64,000 nt of DNA from an uncultured delta proteobacterium (GTDB lineage Bacteria > Desulfobacterota > Binatia > UBA9968), in the NCBI GenBank assembly GCA_963727625.1, contig CAVSHR010000012.1, forward strand, positions 576,001 through 640,000, in the 5' to 3' direction. The notes beneath the pieces are model-generated. The model worked only from the letters and a program-made list of their open reading frames with translations. It made no database searches and was not told where the DNA came from. The translations under genes and the position numbers were made by a program. Within the stretch, counting starts at the first letter, position 1. Every line of letters begins with the position of its first letter. Shown piece after piece: positions 38,451 through 48,911 of this stretch.

Positions 38451-40091
38451 ATGAGATTCTTAAAAATGTCCTTCCGCGCCAACTGCCTGATACGAGCGGC
38501 GGCCCTTCTGTTTCTGCTTGCGACCCTGACGCCGCTCGCTGTGGTCCTGGGGCAGAAACTTTTGCCAAGCCCGTGGCCGACCTACCGCGGCGATCTCAAG
38601 CGCACAGGGCGAAGCGATTATAAAGGTCCAACGACCAATCAGCTCCGCTGGGTTTTCTCGACTGGGCTCGCCGAGAAGCGTGGAGGCATCGAGACAGATC
38701 CCGTCATCGGTCCTGACGGAACCGTTTACATCGGCGCCAACAACGGAATTATTTACGCGTTGAACCCTGAAGACGGCTCGATACGCTGGGTTTTTCCCAC
38801 GGCTTTTGACACCTTCGCGATCTATTCCAGTCCGAGCGTCGACCAGCAGGGACTCGTCTACTTCGGCGCCAAAGATGGCAACGTTTATGCGCTGAGGGCG
38901 CCAAAACGCGGAATCATGGGGGAATTGGTCTGGTCTCTCAACCTCGGCACTACAATACAGACTTCACCGGCTTTTACACCGGACGGAACTCTCGTGATTG
39001 GTGCCGACGACTGGGCTTACTATGGGATCGCACCTCCCCGGGACGGGACTGGCCCCAGGATAAAGTGGCGCTTCCAAACGCAGGGTACATTGATTACGTC
39101 GCCGGCCGTCGACTCTGACGGGACGATTTTCGTGGCGTCGATGGATGGAAAAATTTATGCTCTGGAGCCGCCAAAGGATGCGAGCCAGCAGCCGGTCAAA
39201 GTCCGCTGGAGCTTTTCTTCGGGCGCGCGCGACGATCGGGGAGGCTTTGAAAACGCGCCCGCCGTCGACAAGCAAGGGACTCTTTACATGGGCGGAAATG
39301 ACGGAATTTTTTACGCTCTGGACAGCAAGACAGGCAAAGTCAAGTGGACGTTCGATGGCGTCGCGCGTTCGGGTTATCGAACCTACGCGATCTTTTCTTC
39401 TGCCGCGATCGGCCCGGATCGGACAGTATACTTTGGTGGGAAGAACGGCGATCTTTACGTAATTCGCCAGCAGCAGGCTTTCTTTCGCTCAGGCCCGCAA
39501 GTCCTCTGGCGGTACAAACTGGGAGCAGGGATTCAATCTTCTCCGCTCCTCGCGGCTGACGGAACCGTTTATCTTGGTGACGAGCGTGGCACCTTGCACG
39601 CCATCAGACCGCCTGCTTCCGGAGAAGCGGGAACAACCTTGTGGAAATTTTCCACAAAGGGAACATTGATCTCTTCCCCTGCTCTTGCTGCTGACGGAAC
39701 GCTCTACGAAGGTTCCATGGACGGGAAACTCTATGCCTTTAAGTCTGGGGCCGCAAAGCCCGGCGCCGAGGGTCCTTTCTCAGGAACCTGGTATGGAACC
39801 TATGAAAGCCAGCTAATCTCTGGGCAGGTGAGAGCTGTCCTTCGACAAGAAGGCACACAGGTTTGGTCCGCTTGGTTCCTTGAGGGAGTAGGGCGCGGAG
39901 AGGGACAGGCAACTGCCCTGGACAACCGTCTGATATTTTCACTGCCCATAAAAACGGCCCGCTGTCGGGGAACTGTTCGCGGCGAGGGTCAAAGGGACGG
40001 GAATCGAATCCGCGTCGATGTCCGGATTGATCAATGCGGAGGAAAAATCGTAGGCGGTAAGCTCACGATGCGCAATAGCTTGAAAAGGTAA
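38451..40091 (+). CDS. Exported PQQ-like beta-propeller repeat protein with C-terminal beta domain
   Basis: Signal peptide, WPTYRGD, repeated SSP...DGT.Y.G..DG..YA..W units. Confidence 0.88.
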   Translation: MRFLKMSFRANCLIRAAALLFLLATLTPLAVVLGQKLLPSPWPTYRGDLKRTGRSDYKGPTTNQLRWVFSTGLAEKRGGIETDPVIGPDGTVYIGANNGIIYALNPEDGSIRWVFPTAFDTFAIYSSPSVDQQGLVYFGAKDGNVYALRAPKRGIMGELVWSLNLGTTIQTSPAFTPDGTLVIGADDWAYYGIAPPRDGTGPRIKWRFQTQGTLITSPAVDSDGTIFVASMDGKIYALEPPKDASQQPVKVRWSFSSGARDDRGGFENAPAVDKQGTLYMGGNDGIFYALDSKTGKVKWTFDGVARSGYRTYAIFSSAAIGPDRTVYFGGKNGDLYVIRQQQAFFRSGPQVLWRYKLGAGIQSSPLLAADGTVYLGDERGTLHAIRPPASGEAGTTLWKFSTKGTLISSPALAADGTLYEGSMDGKLYAFKSGAAKPGAEGPFSGTWYGTYESQLISGQVRAVLRQEGTQVWSAWFLEGVGRGEGQATALDNRLIFSLPIKTARCRGTVRGEGQRDGNRIRVDVRIDQCGGKIVGGKLTMRNSLKR

Positions 40092-40135
40092 ACTGTGGGT
40101 CATGCTCGCTGAACATAGACACCACGACCTTCCCA

Positions 40136-40837
40136 ATGAAAATTTCACTCATCATTCCCGCTCTTGACGAGGAAGAACCTCTGCCTGACGTGTTGGCATC
40201 GGTTCCGCCGGGCGCAGTTGATGAAATTATCGTGGTGGATAACGGGAGCACGGACGGCACCGCGGCTGTCGCTTGTCGTGCTGGAGCACTGGTGGTCATA
40301 GAACCGAGAAAGGGTTATGGCGCGGCCTGCTGGTCCGGTTTTAAGGCCGCCGAAGACGCTGATATTTTGGTGTTTATGGACGGCGATGGAAGTTTCCAGG
40401 CAGGCGAGATCCCTCGACTCACCGAGCCTATCGCGAGTGGCACTGCGGATCTGGTGCTAGGGAGCCGAGCCCTAGGGGCCACAGATGCAGGGGCAATTCC
40501 TCTCCACGCTCGTTTGGGGAACAGCCTCGTTGCCACTATTATCGGTTTTATCTCGGCAACTCGAATCTCGGACCTGGGACCTTTCCGGGCCATCGGTTGC
40601 AAGAGTTTAGAAAACCTAAATATGCAGGAGCGCACGCACGGCTGGCCCTGTGAGATGATCATTAAGTCAGCCAAGTTCGGATACCGGGTCCTCGAGGTTC
40701 CTGTAACTTATCGCCCCCGCACCGGCGGAAAATCAAAAGTCTCCGGCACAATCGCCGGGAGTATCAGTGCTGCCATTGCTATGCTCAGAGTGACCCTCCG
40801 GTGGTTATTTTGGAATCCAAACCGCAACATATCTTAA
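40136..40837 (+). CDS. GT2 glycosyltransferase (polyprenol-phosphate sugar synthase-like)
   Basis: IIPALDEE, VVDNGSTDGT, FMDGDGS, DLGPFRA and SKVSGT motifs. Confidence 0.9.
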   Translation: MKISLIIPALDEEEPLPDVLASVPPGAVDEIIVVDNGSTDGTAAVACRAGALVVIEPRKGYGAACWSGFKAAEDADILVFMDGDGSFQAGEIPRLTEPIASGTADLVLGSRALGATDAGAIPLHARLGNSLVATIIGFISATRISDLGPFRAIGCKSLENLNMQERTHGWPCEMIIKSAKFGYRVLEVPVTYRPRTGGKSKVSGTIAGSISAAIAMLRVTLRWLFWNPNRNIS

Positions 40838-41232
40838 TAAGAAGTTAGGAGTTCCTCACTCTGTTGCGTCAACACAAGCAAAATTACTGAAGGACGAATG
40901 GATAGAAATTCGGCTTTGGGCACTGTAGACCGAAGAAGAATGGTGCGCTTTTTGATTTTCTCGTCTCCGGGTTGTCCAGGGATTGAACTTTACGGATAGG
41001 TTTTATCCTTGCTGCGTCCTATCCTCACTACTCTCGCCCGATCGTTCTGCGCTCCCATCCAGGTTAATACCTATCGGATATGTCACTTTGGATGCCTACA
41101 CTTGGTCGCCCGCTTGATTGGTAATCAAGTGGCCAAACCAAGTACCCGTGGGAATTGGGGAATACGATCTCAGCGACCGGCCGGTCGCCGCCACAAGCTT
41201 TGCGAGCCGCGTGGTTTGTCACTCACTCCGAA

Positions 41233-42315
41233 TCACTCCAACCCATAAAACACCCGGGGGTTATCCTCGACGATCTTCCTGTGCTGCTCGGCGGAAATGC
41301 CGCCGCTGTTTTTCAACGTCGTCAGCGCATCCAGTTCCGTCGATGAGTCGGCGTGGCCGTAGTCGGTGCCGATCATCAGGGTGTTTTCACCCATGCAGCT
41401 TTTGATCAAATAGGGCACGTCGTCGCCGATCTGGCAAGTGACGAAGATGCCGCAGCGTTCGAGTAAATCGTCAGGCAGCCGGCTATCGACCTTGTCCAAT
41501 CGCCGGCGCAGCTCGTAAACGACCCACGGCACCCATGTCGCTGCGGTCTCGATGAAGCCGAAGCGGAGTTTGGGAAATAGCTTTGGAATGCCGCAATTGA
41601 TGATGCGGAATAACGCGCCGACGTTGAAGATCCGATACTGGTTGAAAAAGTCCCGGCTGCCGTCCGGGTTGACCATCAGGTCGACGGCCGCGGCGCTGCC
41701 GTTGGATTGGTGTAGTCCAATGCAAAAATCCAGCTTCTGCGCCTGCTCGTAAAGCGGGAAGAAATAGGGATCGGAAATCTGCCGCGCACCTTCCAGCGGA
41801 CGCATGAAAATGCCGCAGCCGCCGTGCTCCTTGGCGAATTTTAATTGATCTAGCGCATCGGGCATGCACAGCAAAGGCAGCGTTGCCATCCAGCGCAGCC
41901 GGCCGTTGCTTTCTTTCCAAACATCCGCCAGCCAACGGTTGTACGCGCCGCACAAGGCCACGTCGGTATCGGCCCGCTCGGTGCACTGATCGAGGAAGAT
42001 GCTCGGGTAAAGAACTTGGATGTCAATTCCCAGTTCGTCCATGTGCTTGATGCGGCCCGACACGTCGGCGAGATCGCGCGCCGCCATCGTTGTGCTCATG
42101 TCGCGTCCGAACTCGGCCGATTTCTTGTCCACGTCCTCCTTGCTGAAGGTAAAACGGAACAGGCCGCGGATCTTCCCGTCGATCACCCAATGGGCCCTTT
42201 GGGTCTCGCCTTCGGGCTTGAACAGGAGGGGGCGAAACTTCTCTTCCGACGGCGTCAGATAATCCCAAGTATGCGGGCTTTCGACCACATGAGCATCAGC
42301 GTCTATCCATCCCAT
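41233..42315 (-). CDS. Amidohydrolase_2 family protein
   Basis: IDADAHVVE and IGTDYGH motifs; GGAGG RBS before MGWID. Confidence 0.9.
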   Translation of the reverse strand: MGWIDADAHVVESPHTWDYLTPSEEKFRPLLFKPEGETQRAHWVIDGKIRGLFRFTFSKEDVDKKSAEFGRDMSTTMAARDLADVSGRIKHMDELGIDIQVLYPSIFLDQCTERADTDVALCGAYNRWLADVWKESNGRLRWMATLPLLCMPDALDQLKFAKEHGGCGIFMRPLEGARQISDPYFFPLYEQAQKLDFCIGLHQSNGSAAAVDLMVNPDGSRDFFNQYRIFNVGALFRIINCGIPKLFPKLRFGFIETAATWVPWVVYELRRRLDKVDSRLPDDLLERCGIFVTCQIGDDVPYLIKSCMGENTLMIGTDYGHADSSTELDALTTLKNSGGISAEQHRKIVEDNPRVFYGLE

Positions 42316-42333
42316 GATACCCTCCGCGGAACG

Positions 42334-42390
42334 ATTTTGGATTGCCAATCCTTCGGCTTGGCTCAGGACAGGTTTTGGATTTTGGATTAT
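42334..42390. repeat. TTTTGGA heptamers flanking a REP-like CTTCGGCTTGGCTCAGGACAGG unit
   Basis: GATTTTGGATT...TTTTGGATTTTGGATT in the intergenic space. Confidence 0.5.
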
Positions 42391-42461
42391 CGGAATAGCG
42401 AAAAATGTTTACGGCACGTTCCGCTCTGACTATTGCATAATGCCTGTTGCCTATTGCCTTC

Positions 42462-43226
42462 TCAATGAAGCACCGCCCCGCCATTCACAAGTATCGTTTG
42501 TCCGGTCACGAAGGTGCTCAAATCGGACAACAAATATAGCGCCGTGCCGACCAAGTCTTCCGGCTGCTCGATCCGTTTGAGAATTCTCGTCGAAGCGGAG
42601 CGCTGGTAACTCTTGAGTGCCTCATCCGTCGCTTTATCCTCGCTCATGGTCGAACCCGGCGCCAACGTATTCACGCGAATATTATCCGGACCGAGCTCGC
42701 GCGCCAGCACACGGCTAAATCCGACCACCGCAGCCTTTGAGGTAACGTAGTGCATCATCGTCAGGCCGCCGTTAAACGCCATGTTCGAAGAAATATTGAC
42801 CACGCTCCCCTGCTTGCGTTTTTGCATGGCCGGCACCACCGCTCGGCTGCAGAGCCAGAGACCCTTCACGTTGACCGCCATGATCCGATCCCAAGCCTCT
42901 TCGGTGATCTCCTGCCAGCTCCCCTTCTCCGCCGGCACGCTCATGAAAATCGCTGCGTTGTTGATCAAGCCGTCGATCCTGCCGTAAGCGTCGAGCGCTT
43001 TTTTCGCCATCTCCTGGCAGCTCGCTAAATTGACCACGTCGACTTTGGTCGCCAGCGCCTTGCCGCCGCTGTCCTTGATAGCTTTAGCGAGCCCGTCCGC
43101 CGCTTTTTCATCTACATCGGCGACGACCGCCGCTCCGCCTTCACCGGCAATGCCCAGGCAATAGGCTTTACCGATGCCATGCCCGCCGCCGGTTACGACG
43201 ATGACTTTTCCATCGAGTAATCCCAT
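42462..43226 (-). CDS. SDR family oxidoreductase
   Basis: TGGGHGIG, NNAA, NISS and YVTSK motifs. Confidence 0.92.
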   Translation of the reverse strand: MGLLDGKVIVVTGGGHGIGKAYCLGIAGEGGAAVVADVDEKAADGLAKAIKDSGGKALATKVDVVNLASCQEMAKKALDAYGRIDGLINNAAIFMSVPAEKGSWQEITEEAWDRIMAVNVKGLWLCSRAVVPAMQKRKQGSVVNISSNMAFNGGLTMMHYVTSKAAVVGFSRVLARELGPDNIRVNTLAPGSTMSEDKATDEALKSYQRSASTRILKRIEQPEDLVGTALYLLSDLSTFVTGQTILVNGGAVLH

Positions 43227-43345
43227 AGCAAGATATGCTCTCCTAAAATCACCCAATTCCCAAGTACCGTGTTCGGTACCACCCGACAGAGGCCGCTGTC
43301 AACGGCAACAATGTTTATAGAGTGAAGGGCGCCGATGCCGCCGCT

Positions 43346-44548
43346 TTATCCCGCCGTCATTGAAAGTTTTGTACCGCGCCGCAAATCTGTGGCCAAAAAT
43401 ACCAGCGATGCGAGCGGCACCAAAGGCGGCAAATGAGGAAAGGCGACCGTGTTCACCAAGGGAAAAATCCCGACTAGGACCAGCGCTAAAGAAATCACGG
43501 GCGGCACGGGCTCGCCAGCGGATTTCACAAGAAACGCAGCAGGCACGATGAGCAACACAAGGTCGTGACTGTGCAGATGAGGCGCCACCAGGATCAACCC
43601 GATAAGAATAACCGCCCAGTCATAGAGAGTCATCCCCCCGGACCCATGGCGCGGCCAACTGTGAATGACAATCACGGCCATCACCGCAAGCGTGCCCAAC
43701 CACCAAACATAGTCTCGCCACGGCGCGCCCAAGAAATAATCTGCGAGCGCTCGCAAATTTTGCATTCCCTCGGGTTGGATATGCAAGGTATCTTCTCCGG
43801 ACGCGGCCCGGCGCGAAAGCTCCCAGTAAGCCTGCATCCCATCCAGCCCGACGACGAGCAAAGACACGAGCCCCAGGGATGCCATCACAATTAGAGCGAG
43901 GCTCACTTGGCGCCACCGTTTTCTAACAAGCAATATCAAAAGCGGAGCAGCCGCGAGCTGCGGTTTAAAAAACAGCAGGCCGGACCAAATCCCGCACTCG
44001 CGCCGCGTGGAGCCGCGCAAAGCCCTCACGAAGAGAACCAGCAACAAAAGCGCGATAAAGGACGTTTGGGCTTCGAGCAACGCGTAATGAACGCCGTAGT
44101 TGCAAAACGTTGCCAGGATCAGCCAGTTTACCTGATGCCGGTTCAATTCTAGATGCTGTATGAGAATCTTTATTGCGGCGAACAGCAGGACCAAATTGAC
44201 AACGCTCATCATTACGAAGGCTGCCGAAAACGGCAACCAGGCCAACGGCACCAAAACCGCGGCAAAAAACGGCGGGTAAAAAAATGGCAAGACCCAACTG
44301 CCGCGCGACGGGTCTATCGGCTCCTGAACCAAGCGCTGCTTTTCGAGATCGTACAGCGACCCTCGGTCGGTCCACGTGAGCTTTGCCGCCGTGTAAAGAC
44401 TCATGAAGTCAGGTTTGTAAGCGCTGCAAGACGGACTGTGATAGCGAACGATAGTCCACCAGCAAGGACCGATGACTGCGCTCATTGCGAGACCCAACCC
44501 CAGCGCGAGAGCAGCGATTCGATTATTCCAGACTTTCGGCGAAGACAT
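43346..44548 (-). CDS. GT87/DUF2029 membrane protein
   Basis: DF.SLY, FFYPPFFA, AQTS, FKPQL and HDL motifs; multi-TM. Confidence 0.82.
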   Translation of the reverse strand: MSSPKVWNNRIAALALGLGLAMSAVIGPCWWTIVRYHSPSCSAYKPDFMSLYTAAKLTWTDRGSLYDLEKQRLVQEPIDPSRGSWVLPFFYPPFFAAVLVPLAWLPFSAAFVMMSVVNLVLLFAAIKILIQHLELNRHQVNWLILATFCNYGVHYALLEAQTSFIALLLLVLFVRALRGSTRRECGIWSGLLFFKPQLAAAPLLILLVRKRWRQVSLALIVMASLGLVSLLVVGLDGMQAYWELSRRAASGEDTLHIQPEGMQNLRALADYFLGAPWRDYVWWLGTLAVMAVIVIHSWPRHGSGGMTLYDWAVILIGLILVAPHLHSHDLVLLIVPAAFLVKSAGEPVPPVISLALVLVGIFPLVNTVAFPHLPPLVPLASLVFLATDLRRGTKLSMTAG

Positions 44549-44636
44549 CGACCACAAAAGCTAGCGCGGACATGGAAACCGTGAACCACGGGTCGGCGCG
44601 CGGAGTCGCTCGCGAGCGAGAATTGCTACGGGACAA

Positions 44637-45464
44637 TCAGGCACACCGTTTCACCCAATCATGAATAATTTTATTCGTGGCCTCCGGCGCCTGCCAGAAA
44701 AACCCGTGCGACTGGCCTTTTAAGACTTTCATCTCCGCGCCGGGAATACGCTCCGCGAGCACTTTCGATTGCGCGATGTGATTGCTGCCGATGGTGTCGG
44801 CCTCGCCGATCAAAACCAGAGTCGGCGCCACCACGTCGCCTAACCGGTGCGTCCCCTCGAAGTTGTGGCGAGCGATGCAGAGATGGATGAACTCGGACAA
44901 CTTGGCGTGGGTTGCCCACGCGCGGTTATAGAATTCTTCGACCTTGTCGTGGTGGCGTTCGCGATAATCCTTGGTGAAAAAAGTATCGGACTTAACGATC
45001 TCGTCATAGATGAACTTTTCGAAGCCCATCTCGACAAGATCCAATACCAGCCGATGCGGTAAACCCGGAATGCAATCGGAGCCCGGCCGCGCCGCCGGGC
45101 CCGAGCCGCTGGCCGCCATGATCAAGCTCTTGACCCGACCCGGAAAGTTCTGCGCCAGCGAGAGCGCGATGCGCCCGCCCATCGAGTGACCGATCAAATG
45201 CGCCGAGGTGAGACCCAAATGATCCATCAGCGCGACGATATCCAGCGCCATCTGCTCGATGGTGTAGACCTGCTGCGTTGCCACCGATCGCCCGCAGCCG
45301 CGCGGATCGTGAAAAATCAGATTCAACGCGTTCGCAAGCGGCATCTGCGACGGCTTCCAGACTTCGCCTGAGTACGCCGTCGACGGCACGAAGATCAGCG
45401 GCTCGCCGTGACCGTGGCTTTCGTAATAGAGATCGACGCCAGTGGGTAATTTGATGTTTGGCAT
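44637..45464 (-). CDS. Alpha/beta fold hydrolase
   Basis: DPRGCGRS, GHSMGG nucleophile elbow, C-terminal His (SHG). Confidence 0.9.
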   Translation of the reverse strand: MPNIKLPTGVDLYYESHGHGEPLIFVPSTAYSGEVWKPSQMPLANALNLIFHDPRGCGRSVATQQVYTIEQMALDIVALMDHLGLTSAHLIGHSMGGRIALSLAQNFPGRVKSLIMAASGSGPAARPGSDCIPGLPHRLVLDLVEMGFEKFIYDEIVKSDTFFTKDYRERHHDKVEEFYNRAWATHAKLSEFIHLCIARHNFEGTHRLGDVVAPTLVLIGEADTIGSNHIAQSKVLAERIPGAEMKVLKGQSHGFFWQAPEATNKIIHDWVKRCA

Positions 45465-45573
45465 GGAATTGATCCGATTCAACTAAAAACCCGTCGCTCA
45501 ACTGTAATGCATACTCTTCGCGTGTCCCCTCGATCAACCCTAGGCCGAAAACCCAAAACCCGAGACCCGCGAA

Positions 45574-46572
45574 CTAATTCGGCAGCCAGCACACTGCGGC
45601 GATTTCGCTGAGCTCCCGCCGCAGCTTCGTCCACAACATGCCGCCGTCGTCGCTGCGGTAGAGATAACCGTAGCGACTGGCGGCAAACAGGATGTTTGGG
45701 TCGTCGGAGTTCGCACCGAATGTCCACATGGTCGAATTCGGTTCCACCGGCAGCGGCAGGAGCTTCCAGCTCTTGCAGAAGTCTTCCGTTTGCGCGATGG
45801 CGCCCGAAGTACCCGGCGTAAAATCGCCGAAGCTCAAAAGCACTCGTTTTGGATTGCCCGGGTCCACGGCGATGCCGCGCAGATAATTTTCCTTGCGCGG
45901 ATATTCCCACGGCAAACTTTTCTGCATATCGCGCGGCTCCCAGCTCTGGCCGTTGTCCGTGCTCGCGTAGATCTCGCGATTGGCGACGATGAAGACCGTC
46001 TTCGGCGGACCGGCGGTCACGGCAACGTTGTGAATGTCGCGACGGCCGGTGACCTCCACGATGCTCCAGCTATCGCCGCCGTCGCTGCTGTGGCGCGCGC
46101 CGTCCACTTCAAGCCCCGCCCAGACATGATTGGGCTCCACCGGATCGACCGCGATCCCGGTAAACCGCGGCGTGCCGACGGCCTCGCATTCCGCGGCTAC
46201 TTCCACCTGCCGCTTCTCCCAGCTCCGGCCGCCGTCCTTGGAGCGAAACAGCATCGCCGGGGTCGGCGTGCCGGTGCCGACGAACATATGGTCCGGATTT
46301 ACCGGATCGAAGGCGATCACCCAGACGTAAAGACCGTTGAGCGCCGAGTCGACATATTGCCAGTTCGCCCCCCGATCTTCGCTGCGATAGAGGCCCTTTT
46401 CCGTGCTGGCAAAAAGAATCTTGTGCTCCTTCGGATGCATCGCGATGCAGCGCACAGAAGCTTCATAGGCAAATCCCCGACGCGGCCCGACGCGCGCCCA
46501 GGTCTGGCCGTTGTCCTCGCTGCGCATGATGCTCTGCCCGATGGTACCGACGACAATCGTTACGTCTTTCAT
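45574..46572 (-). CDS. BNR/Asp-box repeat beta-propeller (YCF48/sialidase-like) protein
   Basis: Repeated S.D.G..W Asp-boxes; GGAGG RBS before MKDVT. Confidence 0.85.
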   Translation of the reverse strand: MKDVTIVVGTIGQSIMRSEDNGQTWARVGPRRGFAYEASVRCIAMHPKEHKILFASTEKGLYRSEDRGANWQYVDSALNGLYVWVIAFDPVNPDHMFVGTGTPTPAMLFRSKDGGRSWEKRQVEVAAECEAVGTPRFTGIAVDPVEPNHVWAGLEVDGARHSSDGGDSWSIVEVTGRRDIHNVAVTAGPPKTVFIVANREIYASTDNGQSWEPRDMQKSLPWEYPRKENYLRGIAVDPGNPKRVLLSFGDFTPGTSGAIAQTEDFCKSWKLLPLPVEPNSTMWTFGANSDDPNILFAASRYGYLYRSDDGGMLWTKLRRELSEIAAVCWLPN

Positions 46573-46661
46573 AGCGCCTCCCATCGTTCCAACGTTTTGA
46601 ACTTCATGACATGTCTATCGAGTTCAAATCTTTCTCACGCCTGTCGCCTCGCGCTTCACGC

Positions 46662-47642
46662 CTAGATATTCACCCTATGCATGTCCCGGCTGCGCGGCCC
46701 AGCGACTGCTTCAGGCCGAAAGATAGCATCCAGACGAACTAGATCCTCTTTTGTCAATTGGACCTCCGTGGACTTGATATTCTCCTCCAGGTGCTTGCGC
46801 GTTTTGTTGCTGGGAATCGGGATAATGTCGTAGCCCTGAGCCATGAGCCAGGCCAGCGCCAATTGCGCCGGCGTCGCGCCCTTTTCCTTGGCGATCGCTT
46901 CGAACTGAGCCAGCAGTTTCAGATTGCGTTCCAAATTCTCGGCCTGAAAGCGCGGATGATTGCTCCGCCCGTCGCCTTCCGACATATCCTTCGTGTCATG
47001 AACCGCGCCCGCGAAAAAGCCGCGCCCGAGCGGCGAGTACGCCATGAAGCCCATGTTGAATTCACGGCAGGCGGCGATATTGCCGCCCTCGGGATCGCGC
47101 GACCAAAGCGAGTACTCCATCTGCAACGAAGCGATCGGATGCACCTTGCGCGCGCGCCGGATCGAGTTGGCGCTCGCTTCGGATAACCCTATATAGCGGG
47201 TGAGACCGCGCTCGACCAATCGCGCCATCGCGCCCACCGATTCTTCCACGGGGATGTTCGGATCCACCCGCGACATGCAAAAAAAATCCAGGGCATCGAC
47301 GCCGAGCCGCTTGACACTCTGCTCGCAGTTTTGCGTCAGGTATTCTGGGGTGCTGCCGCTGCGCATGCCGGTGGCGTCCGGCGCCCGGGGGCTGCCCGAC
47401 TTGGAATGAATGATGATCCGCTCGCGCCTGCCCTTGAGCGCCCTGGCGATCAGCTCGTGATTATGGCCGCTACCGTAGCTCGCCGAGGTGTCGATAAAGT
47501 TGATGCCGAGGTCGAAAGCCTCATGCAGCGTCGCGATGGATTCGTTGTCATCCGCCGGCCCGTAGGTTCCGGACATGCTCATGCAGCCGAGTGCCAGGCG
47601 TGAAACTTTAAATTCCGTGGTGCCAAACTGTACGTATTCCAT
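46662..47642 (-). CDS. Aldo/keto reductase
   Basis: LGCMSMS, IDTSASYG, IGLSE, QMEYSLW and YSPLGRG motifs. Confidence 0.92.
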   Translation of the reverse strand: MEYVQFGTTEFKVSRLALGCMSMSGTYGPADDNESIATLHEAFDLGINFIDTSASYGSGHNHELIARALKGRRERIIIHSKSGSPRAPDATGMRSGSTPEYLTQNCEQSVKRLGVDALDFFCMSRVDPNIPVEESVGAMARLVERGLTRYIGLSEASANSIRRARKVHPIASLQMEYSLWSRDPEGGNIAACREFNMGFMAYSPLGRGFFAGAVHDTKDMSEGDGRSNHPRFQAENLERNLKLLAQFEAIAKEKGATPAQLALAWLMAQGYDIIPIPSNKTRKHLEENIKSTEVQLTKEDLVRLDAIFRPEAVAGPRSRDMHRVNI

Positions 47643-47779
47643 CTATTCCTCCCTTCAGCCCAGAGAGTTATCGCAGTCGAAAGGAGTATGTCAAATTTTT
47701 TCAAAGCACGAGCCGCAGGGACTCTCCGGCATCCGCAAGCGGGACGAGGCTCGAGCGAAAATCCGTGAGGCAGACAATT

Positions 47780-48856
47780 TTAAAGCTTGTGCACGGCCTG
47801 CATCACTTCTTCGGCAAACAGCCGCATCGACTTGAGCACTTTATCCTGCGCCAAGCTGCCCGAGGCGATGTTGAACATAAGCTGCTCCGGGCGCATCGTA
47901 TCGACGTAGAATTTGATCTTCTCGTTGCATTCTTCCGGCGTTCCCCAAACCGCCATCACGTTGGGCCATTCCGCCTCGACCGCTTGGCGCGCTTTTTCCG
48001 GCGTGCAGAGTTTTTCGAAAGCTTCGCGGGAAGCGCTCTTGGTGGAGTATGTTTTAATCGTTTCGGTTTCCACCGGACGGCTCAGTCTGCCACGCAGAAA
48101 TACATCAGCTTGGCTGGATAGTGCGAGAGCGCCGTTTTCGATCGCTTCGTTACGATCTTTGGCGACATGCAGGTGAATTCCGAGTACCACATCGCTCTTA
48201 CTTCCAGTCGGCAGATTCATTCGGTAAGTCTCGGTCAAACCACGAACTAAGTCGAAAGGAATACCGAGATAACCCGGCTGCACCAAGCCCTGGCCAATCT
48301 TGCCGGCGAAGCTCGCGCTCTCCGGCGTGGTCGCCGCTGCCGTGTAGATCGGCGGATGCGGCAGCTGCACGGGCGGTGGGCTCAGTTTGAAGTCGCGGAT
48401 CTGCCAGAACTCACCGTCGAGCTTTTCGATATAGTCGCCCTTGAAGATCTCCACCAGCATGCGGATGCCTTCCTCGAAGCGCGCGGCGCTGGTGGCGGCG
48501 TCGACATTCATCCGGCCGATCACCCACGGATGGCCGCGGCCGAGGCCGAGCATGATTCTGCCTTTGGTCAATAGATCCGCGGCGGCAACTTCGCTCGCCA
48601 ACATTGCCGGATGGTGAATCGGCATGCTGATGATGCCGGTGAGAAAGCGAATCCGCCGTGTCCGTTGCGCCGCGGCGACATACAGTCCCAAGGGAAACGG
48701 TGAGCAGGAAAATAAATCTTTGCCGTAGCTTTCGGTGATCGAGAAGAAGTCGTAACCCAGCTCGTCGGCAAGCAGGATCTGCTCGAAAACTTCATCGTAA
48801 GTCTGCTGCTCCGATTTACCGGGATAAGAAAACTCCGTGAACAACCCAACTTTCAT
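47780..48856 (-). CDS. LLM class flavin-dependent oxidoreductase
   Basis: ADELGYD, TRRIRF and GRIMLGLGRG motifs; the N-terminal extension in the track is repeat-derived. Confidence 0.88.
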   Translation of the reverse strand: MKVGLFTEFSYPGKSEQQTYDEVFEQILLADELGYDFFSITESYGKDLFSCSPFPLGLYVAAAQRTRRIRFLTGIISMPIHHPAMLASEVAAADLLTKGRIMLGLGRGHPWVIGRMNVDAATSAARFEEGIRMLVEIFKGDYIEKLDGEFWQIRDFKLSPPPVQLPHPPIYTAAATTPESASFAGKIGQGLVQPGYLGIPFDLVRGLTETYRMNLPTGSKSDVVLGIHLHVAKDRNEAIENGALALSSQADVFLRGRLSRPVETETIKTYSTKSASREAFEKLCTPEKARQAVEAEWPNVMAVWGTPEECNEKIKFYVDTMRPEQLMFNIASGSLAQDKVLKSMRLFAEEVMQAVHKL

Positions 48857-48864
48857 CTTCTCTC

Positions 48865-48910
48865 CGAACGAATTGAACGTTTTGAACGGCTTGAACGATT
48901 GGAACGGTTT
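48865..48910. repeat. 9-nt-period TTGAACG array
   Basis: CCGAACGAA-TTGAACGTT-TTGAACGGC-TTGAACGAT-TGGAACGG. Confidence 0.75.
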
Positions 48911-48911
48911 T

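Noticed and set aside
38451-40091. PQQ-dependent dehydrogenase or BamB call
   Set aside because: Only generic propeller repeats are visible; there are no catalytic or lipobox features.
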